Shown piece by piece: positions 30,128 to 43,650 of a stretch of DNA of 64,000 nt; within the stretch, counting starts at the first letter, position 1, and every line of letters starts with the position of its first letter. The stretch lies in the NCBI RefSeq assembly GCF_009914755.1, contig NC_060925.1, one strand, 5' to 3'. A program made the translations under genes and the position numbers. Origin of the DNA: the human T2T-CHM13v2.0 reference genome, Homo sapiens. The notes beneath the pieces are model-generated. The model did no database searches. It saw only the letters and a program-made list of their open reading frames with translations, and was not told where the DNA came from.

Positions 30128-30838
30128 ACAGAGGTATCTGCACTTCCATGTTTATTGCAGCATTATTCACAATAGCCAAGATGTAGCAGCAACCTAAGTG
30201 TCCATCAATGGATAAATGGATAAAGAAAAAGTGGTATATATACACAATGAAATATTATTCAGCCATAAAAAAGAATGAAATCCTGTTATGTGCAGCAACA
30301 TAAATGGAAGTGGAGGACATTTTGCTAAGTGAAGTAAGCCAGACTCAATAAAATAAATATTGCATGTTCTCATTCATATGTGGAAGCTAAAATGTTGATA
30401 TCAAGAAGAAATAAGCCAGATTCAATAAGACAAATATTGCATGTTCTTATTCACATGTGGAAGCTAAAATGTTGACATGATGAAGATAGAGAGTAGAATG
30501 ATGGTTACCAGAGGCTGGGAAGGGTAGGGGCAAAGGGGATATGAAGAGAGGCCGGTTGATGGGTACAAACATACAGTTATATAGAAGGAATAAGTTACGG
30601 TGTTTGATAGCACAGCAGAGTGACAAAAGTTAATAATTTATTGCATATTTCTAACTAGAACAGAAGATTTGGAATGTTCCTAACACAAAGAAATGATAAA
30701 TGTTGGGGGTGATGATTATCCTAATTATCCTGATTTAATCATCATGCATTGTATGCTTGTATCAAAATATTACATATACTCCATAACTATATATAATTAT
30801 TATGTATCAATAAGATAAATAAACAAATAATAAAATCA
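30128..30838 (+). mobile_element. Outer L1MA 3' end (continuation of 19375-25370)
   Basis: Resumes at gaggtatctgcacttccatgtttattgcagc, where the outer L1 broke off (caaagagatat); A-rich tail. Confidence 0.88.
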
Positions 30839-32136
30839 AATTGGAAGTAAGTGTATATTTTCCAAAGGGAAATGGGGGAGGGGGTATGGTGGAGGTACTT
30901 CAGATATCTGAAAAGACAGATGTCCAAAAGCAAAAAGTAGTGGAGAGGTGGTAATTAGACCAATTTAGTGGACTGGCTAAAGGTTCTTTTATGAATGTTG
31001 TTGGCAGTAAAGCTAGAAAGCTCATTAGTGACAGAACACAGAAGAGCTTACATGTAAGACTGAAGATTTTTGTTTATTCTCCTGCAATATACAAACATGT
31101 TGTATACTGTATATATACATGTTGTATATACAAACATGAGGGATCCGCACAGACTAGGAAGTAAGGAAGACAAAGAACCAAACTACCATTAATGTGAGGA
31201 TGGTGTGCAGTAGATTGCGGGCAGCAAGGCAAGTTCGTCTGAAGCCTTTTCCCAGTTAGAGAGAGGTCAGGTGAGAACTAGTCTCTATCAAGTGGAAGTT
31301 TCATCAATCAAGTCACATCTAGAGTTGGGACAAGAGACTGAAAAACAAATACTCTGTGAGACACTTAGACCCAGAGCCAGGCTAGAACACCCAAAATCTA
31401 TTTACCCATCTAAAAAGCAAGTTGAAATGTGGAAACCAAGGTGTAGAGCCAAAACAGGGTAAAAGTAACCGAGAGATCCAGCCAGGATGGACAGGGCAGA
31501 AGGAGGCAACAGTAGGAAATTCCTAAGTCAGAGTGCAACTACTGGGCTAATAGGCTGCCACAGGCCCTTGGGGAGAGTCAGAATGCAGATGGGGTTGCAA
31601 ATATAAGAGATATTTCAAAATAATAATGCATGAGATTTGATGACTGTTAGAAGCCAAAAGCAAGAATAATTGTCAACACCGTGACCAGAAAAATGGGGAG
31701 GAAAGTGAGAGTTAGTTTTGAAAGGTGGGGAGAAGATGAAGAGTATGTTTTTGGACACGTTACTTTGAGGTGATGATAGGCCCTAGTAAAAATGTCTTCA
31801 TGGTCATTGAAATGTGAGATTGGAGGTCAGGATGGTAACCAGGCATTAGTTTGTATAGATATACCACAGGATCGTATAGAAATGCTTGAAGTTTCAAAAA
31901 GACAGAGGGTAAGAAGGGAGAACAATCAAGAGCCAAAATCAGAATCTCACTGTTTGGGACAAAACAGAGAAAAAAAAGTAGAAACAGAGAAAAAAGAAGC
32001 GACTGAAGTGACTGAAGAGGTAAGAAAAAACTTAAAGCAGACTGATGAAAAAGGTAGGAAGAAAATTAAAATAGATGAAGGTAGTAGAACCTGGAGAGGA
32101 ATATACAAATGGCAGTGTTCACTAGGTCAGAGTAGA

Positions 32137-33218
32137 TGCCGTGGGATAATAGCTTCAGGTACTCACCAATGTGTCTTCCAGTCCCTTCTACATCCTCATC
32201 CTCTGCCCATTCCCTAGCACTTCCTCACATAAGTAGCTCCCACTACTTGGTCAAGACATCATTGCCTCCAGGGGGTAGCAGAAAGAAATGGTCAACACTC
32301 ATATTTTGAATTTCAAACTAGGCTCTTGAAGTTAATAGGTTTTTGAGTTTTAAGAGACTGAGCTGTAGAACTGAGGTCTGGGATTTCTTCTTATAAAGAG
32401 CCAGAGTAATACGCACTTGCCGTCCTCTCAGAAGTTTCAAGAGCAGAAGGAGAAAGCTTAGTCCCTGACAGGTCCATATGGAAGGTCTTTTTCCGGCCCA
32501 CTCCAAGAACTGGTCTTCGGGAAGTGTGGTGGATACCAGGCCCACCATAAAACTTTGGGGGATTTCCATAAAGGAATTTGTGTCTGCTTCATATCTGCAA
32601 CTCTGAAAATGAAACACAGATGACCTCAAAGAAGTGCTTTGAACACAATGAGAAGAAGTAGTGGGACAGATAGCCTGATGGCAGCTCTGGGTTGTTCATA
32701 GCCCCAAAGAGGGATGAGGCTGATCAAACCTTCCCTTCACTCCAGAGAATAACTTATACAAAGGAAACAGCGAGAGGCCCAAATATCTTATAGTCCATGA
32801 AGACCACATCTGAAGATACCAATGTGGACTGTGCAAATAGGAAACCAGATGCAGACCCAGTGTATGTGAGCATGCACAATTACCAGCCACCTCAGTAAAT
32901 TCCAGAGCAGAATTCTCTGCTTATCCAATGCCATAATGCCATATGCGATGCCCCCAGTCCCTGCCCCCTCGCTAAAAGAGATGCCATCCTGGGAGAAGGG
33001 AAGAAAAGAAAGTGCTCTGAACTGGACTACATTTAAACCTAAATAATTGGGAAATTACTGTATTCTCCTGAGTTTACCTCAAGTAACAAGATAAAGCTTT
33101 CTGCCATCAGGAGGAAACAGGAGCTAGAAGTAGAAATGAAATTTAGTTATGGGAAAATAAAGTGAGTTGCCATTTTTGCACACATGAATTTGTGTCTGTG
33201 AAACTTGTATCTGCTACA
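32137..33218 (+). mobile_element. Putative ancient solo LTR (LTR78-like)
   Basis: AATAAA at 33156 followed ~55 nt later by the terminus ctgctaca; family and left end uncertain. Confidence 0.45.
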
Positions 33219-34977
33219 CATACAAGCCTAACAACTATTTTGATCCATGAAAAATCACAATATTCTATTTTTGATAGAGACAAAAAAAGGCAAAAAATGC
33301 TAAAAAAAATTAAGGACAAAATTGTGCCTAAGCAATATGTAACAGTGCTGCAGCATTATATATAAGGTTATGGGTGTTGGTGAAAAATAAATTTGCATTC
33401 TGTTGTATATAATTGATACATTCACTTAGTTTTTTATTACTGCTCTTCCAGCGATGGCTATAAAGGGTAGCAAATATCATTTGTACAGCTTAAGTATATG
33501 AAATACCATTCAATTTCTATTCTATGAATATATAAATGGAATCTCCCAGAAACAAGTCAATAGAATGTTTTTGAAATTACTTGAACAAAAGATCAGTTTT
33601 TACCTCAAAATATCATATCGTGGAAGAAGGTGCTTTTAAAAATTTATTCATTATTTCATCTGAGGGATGTAAGTAAAGTGTAGTGTAATTTAGACTAATG
33701 AAAAAAGCTTTATAAAGAAAATCTAACTCCATTTACTACTCTGAATTAATGTCATAGAATACTTATTAAGATAAAAGGAGCAGTGTGCTACTTCAGTGTC
33801 AAGCAGTGTTAGATTTAATCAATTTCAGATGTATACAACCCTGGCTTTCCCAGGCACCCCAACCAGATAGCAGAGAGGCAAGGGGGTGAGTATAGCAAAA
33901 CTAGGTAATGAATGTAGTCTTTGGTGCTGAACTTTTACCCAGCAGAATTACTGAAATTAATCGGTTTTGCACTGCAAAATTTCTCAGGAACCTCAACTCT
34001 CTTCTATTTTAGTGTTAATTCCTTTATCAGACAGGGGACTTACTGAGAGGTTCAGGAAGTCTTTGTTCCCCACTGTTTGCTCAAGAGTTCTAGTCTTACC
34101 ATGCCATTATCAATCTAGATAGATCCTGTCTAAATTTCTGATTAGTCCTTTCAGGTGTCCATTACAGAAAACCCATAATGGGTATGTGGATTAGTTCTAC
34201 TTCTAGGTGCTTCCTATAGTAGACAAAATGTATTAACCCTAAAATACAAAAGGCATTTCCACTGCAGAAACCCAAAATCCATTCTCTGGCACATGCCATG
34301 ATACATGATTTATCAAAGCCTAGAAAGCTCATGCCTGCCAGGGGGCTCTCAGAATAAGACCACCATGCTCTCAGCCTCTACTTATCCAATGGCAAGAGTA
34401 AGGAGTGGAGGCAGAAAGACTTATGTCCTCTTGAACTCACAGTCCATCATCAGCAAACTCTTATTTTCTCAGTCTCTTCTGTCAACATTTCTCTCACCTT
34501 CTTGCTTTACTGTAAACTTGGCTCTCCCCAGAGCCCTCTCATGTGGTAGCTGTTTTTCTTTCATATTCTGAAAATATTATGCCTGCAGGTAACACAGAAG
34601 TAGGCGTCCTCCTTTTTTCACTCCAAATAATTCTCTTTTCATCCTCCCTAAAACTCTCTAACTTTGAATCTCATATCACCTGACTAGACAATACCATTGC
34701 CTCTTCTTGTTGCAGGCATCCACCAGATTTCAATTACAGATCATGGTCACCCTCTTCAACATTATTACTGTCTTAATTCTTAGTGATTTCAAAATCCACA
34801 TAGATGATCCTTCCAATACTCTAGCCTCTAACTTCCTTTACCTCCCCTTCTCCAGGATCCTGTTTATCACCACCATTGCTCATTCTTATGGTATATCTTA
34901 GACTTTAAAATTACCAAAAATTGCAACTCTTCCTTAACCTAAATTTCCACCATCCGTCTTCCCACCGCCATCTATTT

Positions 34978-35180
34978 ACCTTCCCTCCCCTCCTATCTCC
35001 TGCCCTCCCCTCCCCTCCCCTCCCCTCCCTTTCCCTTCCCTTTCCTTCCCTTCCCCTCCCTCCCCTTCCCTTTCCTTCCCTTCCCCTCCCTTCCCCTCCC
35101 TTCCCCTCCCCTCCCCTCCCCTGTCCTCTCCTCCCCTCCCCTCCCCTCCCCTTCCCTTCCCCTCCCCTCCCCTCCCCTTT
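34978..35180. repeat. (CCCCT/CCCTT)n polypyrimidine tract
   Basis: About 200 nt of almost pure C/T pentamers in the tail position of the adjacent antisense Alu. Confidence 0.95.
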
Positions 35181-35458
35181 GCTGACAGTCTCACTCTGCA
35201 TCCAGGCTGGAGTGCAGTGGCACAATCTCTGCTCACTGCAACCTCCTCCTTGTAGGCTCAAGAGACCCTCCCATACAGCCTCCCAAGTAGCTGGAACTAC
35301 AGGTGTATGCCACTACACAAGGCTAATTGTTGTATTTTTTGTAGAGACAGGATCTCATTTTGTTGCCCAGGCTGGTCTCTAACTCCTGGGCTCAAGTAAT
35401 CTGCCTGCCTTGGCCTCCCAAAGTGCTAGGATTATAGGCATGAGCCACCACACTGCCG
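35181..35458 (-). mobile_element. AluJ
   Basis: Antisense dimer with ctcctgggctcaag. Confidence 0.88.
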
Positions 35459-37957
35459 CTATTTTTCTTAGAACCCTGTCTCCAAAGGTAAGATTTCTGA
35501 CCATGTCAAAGCCAACAATCTACTGACTCTGCCACCTTTTCACTTTCCCTCACCTCATCAAGGTCCTCACAGCCCTCTTCCTGTAACTTAACGTCTGTGT
35601 TCAATTATTATAATCAGTCCTCTTGTATTCATGCTTACTTCATCATGCTTCAGCATACAGCTTACATGCTTGGCTAAAGCCTAAACCTTGTTAAATCCAA
35701 CTCTTGATTGATAACATGGTCACATCCCATATCGAATCCATTATCAAACATGTCTTCAGAATATAACCTAAATACAACTGATTTTTATCACCTCCACCAT
35801 CAACAGCCTGGTTTTTATCACCTCCACCATCAACACCCTGATCTAAGCCACCATCATCTCTCTCTGGATCATTGTAATAGCCTCCTGGTTTCTCTGCCCT
35901 TGATCCCTAGACTCTGTGCTCCAAACAGTAGCCATAGTCAATCTGTAAGTCAGATCATGTCATTCCTCTGCTCAAAACACTCCAATCACTTCCATCTCAC
36001 CCAGAGTAAAAGCTAAAGTCTTCAGAGTGACCTACAAAGGCATATCAAACAAATATTTGCAGTAAGTAAATATTTGTTGAATGAATGAACATGTATGCAT
36101 AAGGGACCATTCAAAAACTCATCCATAGCATCTGGGGATGCCTTCTCTGTGCTCTCTTCCCTTCAAGGCTAAGAACTGCAGACTCAAAATGCATCTGACA
36201 GGCTCAAAATTGACATCTGATATACCCTCCAGACCATTAGTGGAATTTTTTTTTTTTTAATTCGACTTGAACTCTGTGAGGTCAAGATTCAAATGTTTAC
36301 TTTTATAGCCTTATCACTTAACATGGTGCCTGGCTCAGAGTAGACATGCATATATTTGCTGTGTACACTGCAAAATAAGATATGTTGGGGAGGAAAGGAT
36401 CTATGTAGAATTGGCAAACCTGCCCAGAGTGGTTGGAGAAATTTAGGAACCAACATTATATAAATAAATCCCTGTCGCTACTCCTCCTAAAGAGTACTGC
36501 AAAAAACTCTCACCTGAGAAAGATCTTCATCAGAAATTAGCAACTGCAATTTGAAGGGCCTACCCCTATGAATTTCCCATTGGGATCCACATCTGAAATT
36601 CTAGTCTGGTTTCTCTGTCCTTGATCTTTTAATCTGTGTGGAACTTCTTCCAGTTGGCAGTACAAAACAAACTTCCTGTACGTCAGTGTCAGTTGCTTTA
36701 GAGGATAACTGCCTACTCTTTTGGAATGACCCATTGGCTTCTCCAAAATGAATTTCATCTCTGTTACACAGTCTGTATTTTAAACCAACCCATCTTAAAT
36801 GAATTCCTCTCAAGTGTGATGGAATATCGCCTAGGTATTTTTGTATGATATGGTAACAGAGACAAATAGATAGAAACTTCATTCTATTTACATAAAATAA
36901 AAGCATATGCTTTTATATTTATAGATACTTTCTGTAAAGAAAAATAAGACCCTACTAATAGTAGGTACCCTTTGGCAATGGGATAAAATGTTGGCATAGA
37001 AGGTGAAAAAGTAGAATTTTCTTTTTCACTTCTATATCTTTTGAAATTTTAAATCCTTGAGTCTATATTCTTGATTTGTTAATTCTTTATTCAACAAATA
37101 TTTATCAAGCATATAATGTGGGCAAGGTGCCTACTTGGCTAGACCAAAAGATAACTATCATTCAGCAGAAAATATAATTTCAACAATAAAAATCATTTAG
37201 TGTGCATGGACACTGGAATGTATGAGAGGAGAGGAAGAAATCCCAGGATACGAAGAACAAGATTCTAAATTCAGTTTAGCAGAAGTTCCAGAAGCCAATA
37301 GATGTTAGTGAATATTTACCTGCTGCCACTGATGTGGGGTAGTAGCTTGAATTTCTTCATTCACCCTTCACAGTGACATGGAATGTCAGGCTAGCATCTA
37401 GCCTGTGCTAGACCACATGCTGGATTCTTCTTTTGACCTAATGGAGTAAGGGGCCACCTGCTGCTCCAAGGAGGCAGGGGGACTCATGGTTCTCCTGCAA
37501 CCAAACCCTGCTATTGCGTCTCCTTCAGCTTTACTGGGAGTTTTCACCTCCTGCAGATTCTCAGCACACAGGGCATACATACTATATCAGCTGGATTTAC
37601 ACTTTTCTTTTCCCCTAGAATAACACACAGAGGGGAAGGTCAAACTCTCATTCAATGGTGCCTTTTCCCATTAAATCCTCACAGCAGGTGTGCAGAGGAG
37701 CTCAATATCATCCCTCCCAGCCACACTTAGTGGTCACTTCTGCTTCTCAGCCTGCATGTCCTTGCTATCTGAACTCCTCTTCTCCTGCTAAAGCCCCTGC
37801 CTAGAGTTCTCTTCAATTTGGGAAGAAAGTTGTATTATTTGTATATTTTGAAAATAGCTTAAATTAAGAAAAATCCTGAATTAATCTTTATAGAAATTCT
37901 GCAGATGTACTTTGTTTCTGTGTTGCCTTGTCCACTGGTCTCACTGAAGCCACTTCA

Positions 37958-38210
37958 CAATAATAATAACAGCTAACATTTAATGAACACCAATTCAAGC
38001 TTTGCATGTATTAACTCATTGAATACTCACAACAACTCACTACAGTAGTACTAATTTTATCCGCATTGTTCAGATGAGGAAATTAAGGTATTGAGAGCTT
38101 GAGTCACTTGCCAAAGAGCATACGTGACTTGCTATAAAGGGCAGAGCCGGGATTTAGATCCCATCCATCAGACTCTAGAGTCTGCCTTCTTAACTAGTAT
38201 ACACTGCTTC
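37958..38210 (-). mobile_element. MIR
   Basis: cagatgaggaaattaagg...tcacttgccaaag...gcagagccgggatt. Confidence 0.8.
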
Positions 38211-38601
38211 TTCTTATCCAAAAATTAAAAAGAGATTTTTCTAAGAATAAAAAATAATGAAGTGGACTTTAGTTCATTGCAGGTTTTCAAAGTAAAATTT
38301 TGGCCAGCTAGTTTCTATTCCACATTGGTTAAAATACAATGACATATATATTACAAACAAATTAGTAATAAAAAAAGATCCCCAAATCCTGCACAGGGGT
38401 GCAGGACAGTTGTCTCGGTGAACCTGGTTTGTGAAATTGGCACAGAGAGAAGGGTCTGGTCTGGCAGAATCATGGCTCTAGGGCAAAGAAAGATGGGCAA
38501 TACCACCCATACCCAGCCCAGAGGAGAGACACCAACCTGGGGCAACAGGGGCTGTACATGAAGCTGAATGATCTATGGAGAAGAAAGGGTGATGAGTGGG
38601 A

Positions 38602-38722
38602 TGTAGAAACAGGATCTTGCTATGTTAACCAGGCTGGTTTCTAACTCCTGGCCTCAAACAATTCTCCTGCCTCAGCCTTCCAGAGTGCTGGGATTACAGG
38701 CATGAGCCACCATGCCTGGCCT
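38602..38722 (-). mobile_element. Alu left monomer (FLAM/AluJ)
   Basis: ggatcttgctatgtt...gctgggattacaggcatgagccaccatgcctggcc. Confidence 0.85.
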
Positions 38723-39149
38723 GGAACTTAGCTTCTTACTGGGAGAAGGCCATCCAATAGAAACTATAAACAACAAACTGTCAAACTGTATAGTTTGTTA
38801 GGTAGTGATCAGCAGTATATAGAAAAATAAGACAGGAGAGAGGAATAGGAAGTTCTGGGGCAGTCAGGGAAAGGAGGTTTACAGTTTAAAATAAGGTTGT
38901 CAAGGAAGGGAAGGAACCACCGAGAAGAGGACATTAGAGCAAAGGCATGAGGAGGTTAGGGAATAGACCACATGGTAATTTGAGGGAAGAGCAGTCCAGG
39001 CAGAAGAAACAGCAAGTGAGAGGCCCTGAGAAAAGAACATACCTGGAGGGACCTGGGAATCACAGGGAAGCAGAATGAAGAAGGCAGAGAAGGATGGGAA
39101 TAGTAGGAGATAGGTCATGAGGTTAGAACAAAGGAGTGGAGAAGTATAG

Positions 39150-39187
<38 letters not shown>

Positions 39188-39930
39188 AAGGGTGGGTTAC
39201 ATAGGGCACTTTTGGCCACTGTAAAATAATTTTGGGTTTTTCTCTGATGTGTGATGGGTTTTGAGTAAAGAATGACAGGATTGGACTTAATTTTTGACAG
39301 CACCACTCTAGTTGCTGAGTTGAGAATAGAGGCAGGCAGCAGAAAGTGAAAGCAGGGAGACCAGCAGGAGGCTACTGCAAAAATGCAGGTGAGAAATGAT
39401 GGTATTTGGATCAAGGTGGTGGTAATGATGATGGTGAAGAGAAGTTAGATTCTGGATACGTTTTGAAGCTACAGTCAACAGGATGTGAGTGATGAAAGAA
39501 AGATTCAAGAATAACCCCAAACTTCTGGCCTAGGCAACTGGCAGAATTCACTTGCCATTAACAGAGGTGGAAAAAACTTCATAAGGACTAGGAGAAGAGG
39601 GGATGATCAGGAAGTTGATTTAGGAATATTAAATTGGAGGTGCCAATTAGACTTTAGAGTGGAATTAACAAGTAGGCATTGTATACAAGAGTTTCTGTAG
39701 TTTGAGTAAATGTCTAGGCTGAGGACATAAATTTCTAAAGACTAAGGGCATATAGATGGCATATAAAGCCATGAGGCTGGATGAGATCACAAAGGGAGTA
39801 AGTCCATACAGAGAAAAACAAGGTGTCCAAGGGCTGAGTGCTGGTGCCTTTCACAATTAGCAGTCAGGGAGATGAAGAGGAAGCAATGAAATAACAAAAA
39901 AGGAACCATCAGCGAGGTAGAGAAAAATGT
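38723..39930 (-). mobile_element. L2 LINE
   Basis: agcagggagaccagcaggaggctactgca...gttagattctggatacgttttgaag...aggctggatgagatcac. Confidence 0.85.
39151..39185. repeat. (TG)n microsatellite, ~17 units
   Basis: Uninterrupted TG run. Confidence 0.95.
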
Positions 39931-41199
39931 GGGATGTATTATTCTGCTGACACTTGAGTTTATTGCTAATTTGAGTATTAGACTTCTACATGATTCATAT
40001 ATTGATAATGTAAATCAACAACTGATTCTGAACGCCATCTGATTTTTTTCATCTGCTTTTAAAAAAGCAAATATGACAAAAAGACAAGGTGAGGCAGAGC
40101 CTATAGCTAGAAAGCACTCAGTGCTCATAGATGAGTGGGGAAGAGGGACTGACAACAGAACATTTGAATTTGCAGGTGTCTCAGAACATCCGGGAGTATG
40201 ATTGCTATAGTTGTAACATAGAAGAGAGTCATTGTAATCACAGGCAGCAGAAACATCGGGGCAGTATTGAAATTGTGAGTACACATGATTAGGAGATCAG
40301 ATCTGAACTAAGAAAATTCAGACAGAAATATTTTTATTTAAATAATAAACGATAGATATCTAGGTATAGGAAATATCTGGATGCTTTACAGCTTCTCTAT
40401 TTTCATATCGATGGTGTGGGTTTGCGTACATTATGTCATCCTGAATTAAGAAGCTTGAATGATGTTTGTTTTTGCTGTTTTTTATTTAATGGATGTTAGT
40501 AAACATCTTTTTTGGTGTAGAGAAATGCTATGGATAAATAGGAAAAATAAATTACCAGAAACAAAATCTCAGTATCCTTTGTTATTTACGTGATTATAGA
40601 ATTGGTAAATTATACTATTTTAGGAATACATTCTTGTTATTTGTTATTCTTTTCACAAATAGCCTGTTTTCTCCATACTTTTTCCATCTAGACATGTACC
40701 TATTCAGCTCTTTAGAAGGAATTAAAATAATTTTTTGATGTTTCAGGACAAAATACTCCTACTAGTTTGGAGGAGAACTGGGAGCTAAAAATAATCTAAT
40801 TGGCAACCTTTTGAGAATTAAATAAAAAATTCTCATCTCTCCATTTCCACTGTCTAAAAAACAAGTCTCAAGGATTTCATTAATGTCTAAAGTTTATTTT
40901 CACATTTTATTTTTATTTATTTACCTATGATTTATTAAGGAAGTATATTTTAGCTTAAAGATTCTACAAAGTAATACCAATAACAAACAGACTTTAACCT
41001 CAGTGTGGTTCTTGGCAATGCAGGCTGTCTATAATATATAGTAGGAAAATTGGCTGAGAGATTCATCAAAACTTATTCATACAAAGCAAATAGTAAGCAG
41101 GGACCAGAGATTCTGACTTCCCTGTTATAGAAAAAGTAAGACTTGCGAGAAAGGTGGGGGAAAAAAGAAAAAGAAAAGTAACACAGCCACAGCATATAG

Positions 41200-41460
41200 T
41201 AATCATACTAATAGTAATTGCCATTGTTTGTGTGTCAGGAACTGTATTTGAACTCTGTGCACGTTATTTTTAATCCTTATACAATCCAACAGGGTAGCTA
41301 TTATTTTATCTTTTCTAAAGATAAAGAAATTGAGGCAGATAGATTAAGCAATGTGCCCAAGACCACATACATAATAGGTGACAGAACTGAGAAATGAAGC
41401 TGCTCTACTTCATTTCAAAATAGGCTCTATCATAGATCGTTTTTCTGCATCACACTACTT
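41200..41460 (-). mobile_element. MIR
   Basis: agataaagaaattgaggc...attaagcaatgtgcccaagaccaca. Confidence 0.7.
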
Positions 41461-41539
41461 CTACAATACATTGCTTCTTAAAACAATGTAATTATTCAGA
41501 CTTTTTGTGATCCAATTTTTTCTTTACTCAATAATAATG

Positions 41540-43200
<1,661 letters not shown>

Positions 43201-43504
43201 AAAGGTCTCCCATAATACTTCACACTGTCCTGTTAGTCATCCAAAATGATGTCAACTCATTTAAGATTCAAGACATTTTATTCATTTTTCTTCAATTCTT
43301 AATATAACTGTGTTTTTGTTTGTGTTTTTTTGTTTGTTTAACAGATTTCTTTCATTTCCCTTCATGTGGTGGTTTCCATTATGGTCACTGAAAGTTTGAA
43401 AATTTATAAAATAACTGCCTTCTGATCATTGTTACTGGTATTTTTTAAGGAATAATTTTAATCAGATGCCCTTTGTACAAAACACAGTTTTTCACAAAGC
43501 AAGC

Positions 43505-43650
43505 ACAGAATCATAAAACTCAGGTGTAAAAGAGATGTTACACATCAGCTGAACCAAATTTCTTCTTTTACAAATGAGAAAACTAAGACTCAGAGGGTTA
43601 AGTAATTTGGCCAGTGCCATATTGCTAGTTAATTAGCAGGGTTTGGTCAG
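43505..43650 (-). mobile_element. MIR
   Basis: tacaaatgagaaaactaagactcagagggttaagtaatttggcc. Confidence 0.75.

Larger units (their letters stand above)
34430..36090 (+). mobile_element. L2 LINE (endonuclease region to 3' end), interrupted by an Alu
   Basis: ILSDFKIHIDDP resembles the endonuclease GDFN motif; 3' end taaatatttgttgaatgaatga. Confidence 0.8.

Noticed and set aside
31792-32217. 141-aa Lys/Glu-rich ORF
   Set aside because: Overlaps purine-rich L2-like and low-complexity sequence; no recognisable homology.
34911-35382. Pro-rich and Gly/Arg-rich ORFs
   Set aside because: Artefacts of the pentanucleotide tract plus Alu; no promoter or splice support.
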